Positions 1 through 7,243 of a DNA stretch of 15,861 nucleotides are shown piece after piece. Position numbers and translations under genes: made by a program. How positions within the stretch are numbered: the first letter of the stretch is position 1; the number at the start of each line of letters is the position of its first letter. Below the pieces are notes generated by a model. The model did not search any database. It worked only from the letters and a program-made list of their open reading frames with translations, and was not told the origin of the DNA. The stretch is taken from NCBI GenBank assembly GCA_044352465.1, contig JBILDU010000072.1:1-15861 (forward strand). The letters run 5' to 3'. This DNA comes from Bdellovibrionota bacterium (lineage in GTDB: Bacteria > Bdellovibrionota_C > UBA2361).

Positions 1-103
1 TTTGCTTCGGCACCCGTACAAAAAAAGCTACTGAAAGAGACGCCCGTCACTTCAGATCGGAGGATTCGAAGATCTCAGAGGTGTCCGTCGGGTAATGTAG
101 ATC

Positions 104-751
104 TTACTTTGCCGCAACGCGAAGGGGGCGTTCCTTCGGTCGTTGTCCGATCTGTATAGGGGTGTTCTCCTCGGCCCGATGGGCGCAGGCGTGACGTACG
201 TCGCATTTTCGGCACTTGCGGGGGTGCGGGGTCGGTTGGGAGGGGCCTCCGGCCAAGATAGCGCGCATCTCATCGAGGTGTTTTTGGAGCCAGGCCTGAC
301 GGGCCGGTGAGTTCTCGATTTTAAATCGGCGACAATTCGGTCCCAAGATGAGGTAGCCGTAGGGTGGCTTTTTGCCCTCGAATTCCTCGACGAGGCGCAT
401 GTAGACCAAGAGTTGAGCGACGTAGCGATCGCGCACCTTTCGGGCGAGCGGCTTTCGTTCGATCGGGATGATGAATCCATCCTCGGAGATGAGTGCGTCG
501 GGTTTACCGGCGAGGCCTTGTATTTCGGAGACGTAGTTTCTGACCGGCAGGGTTTTCGTGCCGTCGACGCTCACCGTGATGGTGGAGGTGGAGACGCCCA
601 CTTCACGCTCTTTGCTTTCGAGTACGGTGCCGACGCGGCCTAGAATGACAAGGGTGATCACACCGAGGAGGACAAGGATTATCAGATCCACGTCGAGCTG
701 AGCCAACTCGCTGGTGGTTCGGCTGATCCAATCGAGGAGAGTCGCCCACAT
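104..751 (-). CDS. cas4: Cas4-family (RecB-like PD-(D/E)xK) nuclease, C-terminal/catalytic part, with N-terminal transmembrane anchor; solo, no CRISPR array in window
   Basis: Motif II GLAGKPD, motif III IERK (E-x-K), QLLVY (QxxxY), GYL, and C-terminal P-x4-KCRKCDVRHAC (CxxC-x5-C, three Fe-S ligands). The usual N-terminal Cys is absent. Hydrophobic helix LIILVLLGVITLVILG near the N-terminus. SD-like GAGGT 8 nt upstream of the ATG at 751. Confidence 0.85.
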   Translation of the reverse strand: MWATLLDWISRTTSELAQLDVDLIILVLLGVITLVILGRVGTVLESKEREVGVSTSTITVSVDGTKTLPVRNYVSEIQGLAGKPDALISEDGFIIPIERKPLARKVRDRYVAQLLVYMRLVEEFEGKKPPYGYLILGPNCRRFKIENSPARQAWLQKHLDEMRAILAGGPSQPTPHPRKCRKCDVRHACAHRAEENTPIQIGQRPKERPLRVAAK

Positions 752-757
752 TTTTTG

Positions 758-1021
758 TTACCTCGACTGTAAGAGGAGGTAGACCACTGCTGCGGTAACG
801 AGGAGGACGACGATAAGGTGGGCCTTCCGTCCGAGATATACGAACTCTTCATATGCTTTGGCCCACTCTTGGTGGAGGAGCCGGCCGTCGGTGCTGGAGG
901 TCTCCCGAGAGGTGCGGACTTGCTCTACGTTGCGGAGACGCCACGATTCGGGGCAGACGGTGTAAGCGCCGACTTCACCGGCTGAAATGATGTATTTTCC
1001 ATATTCGGTCTTTCGAGCCAT
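758..1021 (-). CDS. Small membrane protein resembling the N-terminal segment of Cas4 (first Fe-S cysteine), with C-terminal transmembrane helix
   Basis: IISAGEVGAYTVCPESW matches the Cas4/AddB N-terminal I-S-x-S-x3-Y-x2-C-P-x2-W pattern (Cys23). It is followed by GRLLH (G-x3-H helix) and the TM segment LIVVLLVTAAVVYLLL. The ORF ends 6 nt before the start of 104-751, in the same frame. Confidence 0.75.
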   Translation of the reverse strand: MARKTEYGKYIISAGEVGAYTVCPESWRLRNVEQVRTSRETSSTDGRLLHQEWAKAYEEFVYLGRKAHLIVVLLVTAAVVYLLLQSR

Positions 1022-1124
1022 CGCGCCCCTATGCTCTTTCCGTGTGTCTTATTGGTTGTTATGGCAAGGCGGCGTCTCGAAGAGGCATAGGCCTACACCT
1101 TGCGAGGGGACTGTCTATCCGGTT

Positions 1125-1153
1125 GATTCGGCACAATAAATGGGGGTCTTTGA
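1125..1153 (-). promoter_or_regulatory. Putative sigma28 (FliA)-type promoter upstream of the split cas4 pair
   Basis: Minus strand reads TCAAAG-N15-GCCGAATC, resembling TAAA-N15/16-GCCGATAA; about 100 nt upstream of the ATG at 1021. Confidence 0.4.
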
Positions 1154-1164
1154 CGGGTGGGGGA

Positions 1165-1725
1165 CTATCTCTTCCACCAGCCCCGCAGGGACCGGCGGAG
1201 ATGACCGAGGAATCGCTCTAACGGAGATGCTCGCTGCACCTCGCGCCACCCCGGGATAAACGGCGCCTCTGCCTCGAGGGGTTGCATGTCAGGAGCCGCT
1301 ATGAGGTTCTCGAAAAGGGAATCCGCTATCGGGATGTGGGCTGTCTCGATAATGCACTGGGTCTCGGGGGCTTGGTGGTGGGTGATGCGCCAGAAGGCGC
1401 TTTTGGCGCATGCCGATACGAACTCGCAGCGCATAAGATAGCGTCCTGCCTCCGGATCGGCGACGACGTCGATATTGAAATCGTGACCGAGTTGAAGGAC
1501 GAAGTTAGCCTCGAGAACCTGGCGCCACCCCCGTCGGGCTCGGTAGAGGGCAAGCTCGTCCGAGTAAACCCCCGCGAGCGCGTTTGTTTCAGGGTCGAAT
1601 CGAACCGGCGAGTCGAGCCCGATTCGTTTGGTCAATTCAATCAGTTCTAAACCTGCGTGTTCCACCCCAAGCTCGCCGTTCGGTGTCTGTAACCTATGGA
1701 TTCCTTTGACATAAGGCCTCCTCAT
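1165..1725 (-). CDS. Hypothetical protein (~186 aa) with C-terminal basic amphipathic helix
   Basis: Long ORF with globular-looking composition. ATG at 1725 (MRRPYVKG) preferred over the TTG at 1785. Ends PLERFLGHLRRSLRGWWKR. No family recognised. Confidence 0.65.
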   Translation of the reverse strand: MRRPYVKGIHRLQTPNGELGVEHAGLELIELTKRIGLDSPVRFDPETNALAGVYSDELALYRARRGWRQVLEANFVLQLGHDFNIDVVADPEAGRYLMRCEFVSACAKSAFWRITHHQAPETQCIIETAHIPIADSLFENLIAAPDMQPLEAEAPFIPGWREVQRASPLERFLGHLRRSLRGWWKR

Positions 1726-1862
1726 AGTATATCGACTCAAAAGGCGGGGTCCTTGAGGTGGGGGGCGAGCTAAATAGCGGTGCAACGGGGGAGGTGAAGC
1801 GGTCGGGTAGGGGGCTTATCAAAGCCGTTTTTTTAGAGTTACTCTGGAAAAATAATCTCTAG

Positions 1863-1875
1863 TAAGGTATTGAAA
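1863..1875 (-). promoter_or_regulatory. IHF-like binding site in divergent intergenic region
   Basis: Reverse complement TTTCAATACCTTA matches WATCAANNNNTTR with one mismatch, in an AT-rich context. Confidence 0.35.
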
Positions 1876-1941
1876 TCTTTCTGGACCGTTCAACGGTTTG
1901 AGGGCTTAAAGCAACGCAAATTTTTTTGCGGGGCTCGAAAG

Positions 1942-1971
1942 CGAGATCTAAAATCCGAGATCTAAAATCCG
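1942..1971. repeat. Perfect 14-bp tandem direct repeat (CGAGATCTAAAATC x2 + CG)
   Basis: Read directly: cgagatctaaaatc cgagatctaaaatc cg. Confidence 0.9.
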
Positions 1972-2067
1972 GAAGTTTGTGGTGTCTTAAAGGCACGTTG
2001 TTTTCAGTCAGTTTATTTTCAAAACAGTGCCCCGGATATTCCCGGGGGTTAAAAAAGAGATATCGAT

Positions 2068-2769
2068 ATGGGACGAGGTAAATTCGGTCGTGGTCGTGGT
2101 CGGGACAACTTTCGTCGTGGTGGTAACGGCGGCGGTGGTGGCGGTCGGCGGGGTGGTCGGCGGCATCGGGGTCACCCCCGTCAATCCGCTGATAGCGGCA
2201 ATAAGCGGGAGAGAATAGCTGTTGAGAGCGGGCATCTGGTCTTCATCGATCAGTTCATGCTGGCGAATCCGCAATTCATCGATCGTCTTTTGACCGTCAT
2301 CGACGCCTCTGCTGAGGAGAAGGACAAGCTCATTCAGGATTACGGTGGATGTGTCGTTGATGTGGAGCCTGGTACGTATCGTATCGAGCGTGACCCGTTT
2401 GCGTTTTCGATCGTTGTTCACCCCGAGGGATACCGAGCTGAGGGCGAGTCTCTTCCCGAGCTTGCGACGATGAGTCGTGGGCATGTGTTCGTTGATACCC
2501 GTTGCCTCGCGATGGTGGATCGGGAGCTTCTTGACGACAGCAGCCTTCTTCAAAAGTACCAGGAGCTGTGGTTCGCTGGGGAGGATAAGGCGTGTCGGGA
2601 TCTCCTCCGTGATAACGGTGGAGCGGTGCGTTACGGTTTCCAACGTGAGGGTGATGAGCTGGGGATCTATTCGATTCCGGGCGAGAACGTGATCTGCCTC
2701 TGGCCGGACCTCAAAGAGGAGGTCGCTGGCGATGAGTCGGTAGCGAGCGAAGCTACTCCTGAGGTGTAG
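2068..2769 (+). CDS. Hypothetical protein with RG/RGG-rich N-terminal tail and internally duplicated globular domain
   Basis: 233-aa ORF. The first ~45 aa are Gly/Arg low complexity. Two similar segments follow: IAVESGHLVFID...LIQDYGG and VFVDTRCLAMVD...LLRDNGG. Acidic C-terminal tail. Confidence 0.8.
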   Translation: MGRGKFGRGRGRDNFRRGGNGGGGGGRRGGRRHRGHPRQSADSGNKRERIAVESGHLVFIDQFMLANPQFIDRLLTVIDASAEEKDKLIQDYGGCVVDVEPGTYRIERDPFAFSIVVHPEGYRAEGESLPELATMSRGHVFVDTRCLAMVDRELLDDSSLLQKYQELWFAGEDKACRDLLRDNGGAVRYGFQREGDELGIYSIPGENVICLWPDLKEEVAGDESVASEATPEV

Positions 2770-4606
2770 AGCGAGGCGATTGCGCCTTGATGTGATTAAT
2801 CAGGTTCGCCTCGTTTAATGGGAGGCCACTGAGCTGCTCGATCGACCGTTTGAGCGCGCTCTGTGCCTCCCTACTTTTTTCGGCGAAGTAGCGGGCGGAG
2901 AGGAACCCGAGGGCGCGCCGATCGCCTAGCTCGGCGAGGGCGCGCGCAGTTGCGATCCGCACCTGTTCGTCCGAGTCTTCGAGCATCACGACAAGGTGCG
3001 GCACGATGCGACGGTCCGCGGTATTCCCCAGTAATTTGATGGTGGCGAAGCGAATCCCGGCTGAGGGGTGTTTGAGTGTGGCGACGCTCGCATCGACGAA
3101 CTCGGCGATGCGGCGATCGGCTGCGAGGGTCAGCGCATCGAGGACCCGTTGCTCCGAGGCGGTTGTCCCCATTATCACCCCTAAAAGCTGTCGGTTCGAA
3201 AGTTCACTCACCGCTAGTGAGTCGGGGGCAGCCTCGACGCGTGGAACGATCAGCTCACTTTCAAGCTCTGCGGGAGCGGCGATCTCGAGGACGCTGCTTT
3301 GAAGGTGAGGGGCGCCGCTTTGGTTTCCACTCAAAAGCAGGTAGGTGATGAGAAACGTGAGGGGGGTAATGAGACCCACCACCACGAGCAGGAGCGCCTT
3401 TTCGGGGTGGATCTTCGGCACGCGGCGGAGTCCTTTCCGGGGCTCCTCACTCCGCTGTGGAGCCATCACCGGTAGGGTGCCCCCCTCAAAGATCGTTCCG
3501 GGTTTTAGAGGCCGGGGCCCCGTATTCTGTCGGGGGGAGTAGGCATCTTCCCGTGAGCTACGGGGTGGGGGATCGTTGCGCGGTGACTCAGTCTTGACGG
3601 GGGTCACGGGCTCGCCGGCGAGAGGTGCCTCGGTGGATTGGTGCGCTTTCGCGCCATCACGGCGCCGCAGAGAGATAGGGCTATCATCGGGAGGATTCGA
3701 GGGGTTCCGGGTGTCGCTCATACCGAATGCCTGCGCCAACGAGTTTACAAATTCATCGGCGGTATCGAAACGTTTTTCTCGCGGGATCGAGAATGCGCGG
3801 TCGAATGCGAACTCGAGCTCGACCGGGAGCTCGGGGGCTACTGAGCCGAGCGCGCGCCTCTTTCCTGCCACGATATTACGCATGAGTCCGGTCGCTGTCT
3901 CCCCCAGAAACGGGATCTTACCGGTAAGGCACTCGAAGGCGAGAGCGGCAAAGCTGAAGAGATCGGAACGACCGTCGAGCTCCTCGTTCCGTACCTGTTC
4001 GGGTGACATGTACGCAGGTGTCCCCACGATGATGTCCGGGTCGTGCGCGGGGAGCGGGATCGCCCCGGCGATCCGCTTCGACATGCTCGCTACTCCAAAG
4101 TCGAGGATATAAACCTTGTCCTCTCCTTCGATAAGGACGTTACTGGGCTTGATATCGCGGTGAACTATCCCTTTCGAATGGGCGTAGTCGAGTCCGGCCG
4201 CGATCTGGCGGAAGATCGCGAGTGCGCGCGCCGGTTGAAGTCGTCGCTCACGGGTGAGGATCTGGTCAAGCCCTTCGCCGCGGATGTACTCCATCACGAT
4301 GTAGGGGCGATCGCTCTCTTGGTGGGCCTCGAATATCGCGATGATGTTCGGGTGACGCAGATTGCCCGCCGATCGAGCTTCGAGGCGGAAACGTTTGAAT
4401 GCATCGGCAGCATCTTGGGGGTGGGCGGATTGCATCGAGCGCAAAACCTTGATCGCAACGTCACGACCTATCTCGGGGTCGCGCGCCTTGTACACCACAC
4501 CCATCGCGCCTTGTCCGATCGTTTCCACAAGACGATACTTTCCGATGGTCGGGGAGCCCGTCCTATTCGGGGTATCGTTCGATTCATGTAGAGGGACAAC
4601 GCGCAT
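2753..4606 (-). CDS. Membrane-anchored Hanks-type Ser/Thr protein kinase with C-terminal HEAT (PBS-lyase-like) repeats
   Basis: GQGAMGVVY, VAIK, HPNI, HRDIKPSN, DFG, GTPAYMSPEQ, SDLFS; Pro-rich linker; TM LLLVVVGLITPLTFLITYLLL; HEAT-like LKHPSAGIRFATIKLLG and LEDSDEQVRIATARALAELGD. Confidence 0.95.
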   Translation of the reverse strand: MRVVPLHESNDTPNRTGSPTIGKYRLVETIGQGAMGVVYKARDPEIGRDVAIKVLRSMQSAHPQDAADAFKRFRLEARSAGNLRHPNIIAIFEAHQESDRPYIVMEYIRGEGLDQILTRERRLQPARALAIFRQIAAGLDYAHSKGIVHRDIKPSNVLIEGEDKVYILDFGVASMSKRIAGAIPLPAHDPDIIVGTPAYMSPEQVRNEELDGRSDLFSFAALAFECLTGKIPFLGETATGLMRNIVAGKRRALGSVAPELPVELEFAFDRAFSIPREKRFDTADEFVNSLAQAFGMSDTRNPSNPPDDSPISLRRRDGAKAHQSTEAPLAGEPVTPVKTESPRNDPPPRSSREDAYSPRQNTGPRPLKPGTIFEGGTLPVMAPQRSEEPRKGLRRVPKIHPEKALLLVVVGLITPLTFLITYLLLSGNQSGAPHLQSSVLEIAAPAELESELIVPRVEAAPDSLAVSELSNRQLLGVIMGTTASEQRVLDALTLAADRRIAEFVDASVATLKHPSAGIRFATIKLLGNTADRRIVPHLVVMLEDSDEQVRIATARALAELGDRRALGFLSARYFAEKSREAQSALKRSIEQLSGLPLNEANLINHIKAQSPRSTPQE

Positions 4607-4863
4607 ATATCCCCTTATCGGGGTTTCCGCCTATTTTGATTCACGGGGAGATCGTTGGGGGTGCTACCGAAGGAAGCGTTATCTCGCGAAGTGGTTTCAA
4701 AAATGGGCGTCTGCCCAGCTCTGCGATCGCTTCTTACCGCGAGGCGACAGACGCTACGGGCGCAAGACTCTGGAGCGTCTCAGGAGCTCACGCATCGGTC
4801 CTTAGCTCTGCCCTGCGACGAAAAGAAGTCGGGACTCCAAAGTAGCTGTGGTGAGGGGATGTG

Positions 4864-5835
4864 CTATCGACGATTGGCGTCCCCGACACGGCGCATAATT
4901 CGGCCCTTGTAGACCGCAAACTCACGCCGTTCACCATCGGCTTCACGGAAGCTGACGACGCCCTCGAGCCCTTCGGCTTGATGGCTTTCACCCTCGGTGC
5001 GGGGCAAGAGGCCTTTAAATCCCATCGTCGTCACGTTGGCGGTCGCTTTGCCGGAATCGCTCGCTCCACGGAGCGCTAAGACGATCTGGCCACCGGTCGA
5101 GGCGAGGAGCACCTTTTGGGCATCACGCTCGTTTGTCAGCAAGGTAACGGTGGTCGGGATCGGTGCATTCGGCTCGGCACGGGGATCGAATTGTCGCTCG
5201 GCTGAGAGAACTTTGGCGTTTTGCACGATAAGATTAGCGGTCTTCTCACCCAGCACGTCGGTGATCCAGTGCACGTCGACGTGGGCGCCGGCGCGTGCCC
5301 ATCCTTCAACCGCCGAGGTGGCGTTGGTGCTGATTGTGATAGCGCGGTGCCCCTCGGGGATATTCTCGATCACCTGATTTTGCGGCGGGCGGTTCGTGAC
5401 GACCGATTTGACGATCGGTTGGTGCGCCGGGAGAAGGCTGCGGGCGAACTGGCCGGTGAGGTCGTCGTAGGTAAGGATCGCGTCGGGGGGTAATCCTACC
5501 CGTGCCCGTTTTACGCGCATAAAGAGGGCGGGGTCGAGCGGTTTGCCCGGCTCGATCTCTTTGACCGGAACGAGGACGTCGACCATCTCGATCGGCGCGG
5601 GCTTTTCAACCTTCACCGTTTTGACGGCAGCGACCGGTTGAGATGCATTCGTGTTGGTTGAAGAGACCAGGAGGACGGTGCTCAGCGTCACCGCCATAAA
5701 GAGTCCGATGCCTGAGAGGATTAAAAGCCGGGTGCGTTGGGACTGTCGGCTGGCGTTAAAGCCGCCCGAGCGTTTTGCTGCGAATCCAGCGCCTTCATCG
5801 TAACGATTCCACTCTTTTGAACCATCTAGTCGCAT
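4864..5835 (-). CDS. cpaB: Flp/Tad pilus assembly protein CpaB (RcpC; SAF domain)
   Basis: N-terminal TM; SAF-like VLVPVKEIEPGKPL; RcpC motifs IPEGHRAITI, VEGWARAGAHVDV, IVQNAKVL, TVTLL, GQIVLALR. Confidence 0.9.
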   Translation of the reverse strand: MRLDGSKEWNRYDEGAGFAAKRSGGFNASRQSQRTRLLILSGIGLFMAVTLSTVLLVSSTNTNASQPVAAVKTVKVEKPAPIEMVDVLVPVKEIEPGKPLDPALFMRVKRARVGLPPDAILTYDDLTGQFARSLLPAHQPIVKSVVTNRPPQNQVIENIPEGHRAITISTNATSAVEGWARAGAHVDVHWITDVLGEKTANLIVQNAKVLSAERQFDPRAEPNAPIPTTVTLLTNERDAQKVLLASTGGQIVLALRGASDSGKATANVTTMGFKGLLPRTEGESHQAEGLEGVVSFREADGERREFAVYKGRIMRRVGDANRR

Positions 5836-6065
5836 ACGTTGCGATCTCCCAAAAACCCCGGATTACATCCGTAAAACCAACCGGTGGAGGACTCTTCCGC
5901 GTCGCTCCTTGGCGCGGCCCGATGCTGCGCTCCCTCGCCTGAGGGCATACGGCTGCTCACCCTCCTATCTGGTATGGCGGGCGGGGTGCTTCAGGTGATT
6001 TTTAAAATCTTCAAATGAGGCAGTTCCATAACCACTTGAAGGTATTCGTTAATGTTTGGTCATCG

Positions 6066-6758
6066 CTACGGTGTTGTTGTCTGAATCGAACCGATCGACT
6101 CACGGGTAAGTCCCCCAACCTCGGAGGTTCCGGCCCAGGCGAGGGGGAAAAACGAACGCATCGAGGTCATCTGAATTCTAATACGGGCGGCGTTGGCGTA
6201 CCGATAGTTGTTGTTCATACAGAATTCAGGACAGTCGCCGGTGTCGCTCTCTAGGGGTACAAAATACGGACCGTTTGGCTCGCCATCCACATTTGCACCG
6301 GAGGAGCTGTCTTCGTTGTAAAGCCACGCCCCGCGCTCGATCGTGATGATCAGTCTCCCCACGCGGATCTCGGAGCCGCGATAGGGATTCATCACCCCGT
6401 CCCCGGTTGTTTCAAGCTCGTAAAAGTCCATAATGCCGCGGGGCTCCCATGTTCCCCCTCCGGCGAGCACGTTCGTATCCTCGGCGATAAGATTACTTCG
6501 GAGAGCCAACACCGCAGCGCGGCGCGCCTCTTTCCAATCGCTAGGTGTTCCCGCAGGGGTATACGGATCGCCCTTCAATTGAAGGCTCGCCGCCAGTGCG
6601 GCGGCATCGGCCGCGCGCTGAAGCGAGCGACCGATCCGCTCCATCCGTAAGATATCGACCACTAGTGCCCCCATGGCAAGAAGCACCATAATTCCGAACA
6701 TCCCGGCGATAAGGACTGCACCCCGTTCGTTTTTATCGGCGCGTGGGCTGGCTAACAT
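6066..6758 (-). CDS. TadG-like / Tad N-terminal domain pseudopilin
   Basis: ERG|AVLIAGMFGIMVLLAMGALVVD...LQRAADAAALAA is the Tad_N signature. ATG at 6758 overlaps the upstream TAG (ATGTTAG); the ORF-track extension to 7019 overlaps tadE and is unlikely to be translated. Confidence 0.85.
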   Translation of the reverse strand: MLASPRADKNERGAVLIAGMFGIMVLLAMGALVVDILRMERIGRSLQRAADAAALAASLQLKGDPYTPAGTPSDWKEARRAAVLALRSNLIAEDTNVLAGGGTWEPRGIMDFYELETTGDGVMNPYRGSEIRVGRLIITIERGAWLYNEDSSSGANVDGEPNGPYFVPLESDTGDCPEFCMNNNYRYANAARIRIQMTSMRSFFPLAWAGTSEVGGLTRESIGSIQTTTP

Positions 6759-7243
6759 GTGTGTGTCCCACTGTCGTCGCACCCGGTCGTACCACTTTCG
6801 ATAACGAGGAGGCTCCGCGCCGTCAAAGTTATCTCCCACGGCATGAGGGAGCAAAAGAGGCACCTGGCCTCGGCGGTACCGTCGATCCGAATGAGCGGAT
6901 ACGGGGCATAATTCCCGAGTTCGCCCGAATTCGCCGCGATAATCGTCGGCTCGAAAGTGAAGCCGGTCAGATGGGGTTGATTCGTCGCACCCTCGATGAG
7001 GTTTTGCGCTCGCGTGCATAAATCAACGCATCCCCCCGCGGGTTCGCGCACGACCTCAGAGGCGATTTTACGTACAAGGGTAGCGCTCGTTTCGGTCAGG
7101 AGGGTGTGGCGGTGAAAGAGGAGGCTCCCATCGATGATGAGCGCAACCAACATTAAAATGCCGAGGGTCGCGACCGCGAGCTCCACGAGCGCCGCGCCAC
7201 GCTCCTCTCTCCGTTCATGATGGGTGAAGCGACTCGACATCAT
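6752..7243 (-). CDS. tadE: TadE-like pseudopilin
   Basis: ERG|AALVELAVATLGILMLVALIIDG (G-x4-E prepilin cleavage motif). ATG at 7243 forms an ATGA overlap with the upstream stop codon. Confidence 0.85.
   Translation of the reverse strand: MMSSRFTHHERREERGAALVELAVATLGILMLVALIIDGSLLFHRHTLLTETSATLVRKIASEVVREPAGGCVDLCTRAQNLIEGATNQPHLTGFTFEPTIIAANSGELGNYAPYPLIRIDGTAEARCLFCSLMPWEITLTARSLLVIESGTTGCDDSGTHTC

Noticed and set aside
1..30. GC-TTCG-GC mini-hairpin followed by an A-run as a terminator for the cas4 pair
   Set aside because: Truncated at the window edge, only a 2-bp stem is visible, and the A-run is on the wrong side for a minus-strand terminator.
1..1164. CRISPR-Cas locus implied by the Cas4-like gene
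   Set aside because: No repeat-spacer array and no cas1/cas2 or effector genes in the window. Sequence left of position 1 is unseen, so linkage there cannot be excluded.
2008..2643. 211-aa minus-strand ORF with Thr/Pro-rich tract
   Set aside because: Antisense shadow of the RGG protein; the Thr/Pro runs mirror its GGT/CGT codons.
4615..4640. CCCGATAA as a sigma28 -10 element upstream of the kinase
   Set aside because: Spacing to the nearest -35-like CAAA is only 12 nt, and the element overlaps the SD region 8 nt from the ATG.
3006..4805. Multiple plus-strand ORFs over the kinase, and similar short overlapping ORFs elsewhere
   Set aside because: Antisense or alternate-frame shadows expected in GC-rich DNA, with no recognisable motifs.
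5836..6065. Riboswitch (e.g. c-di-GMP) in the cpaB leader
   Set aside because: Only short GC-rich stems; no recognisable riboswitch consensus by eye.
6759..7019. 87-aa N-terminal extension of the TadG-like ORF
   Set aside because: It overlaps tadE in another frame; the prepilin motif places the start at 6758.
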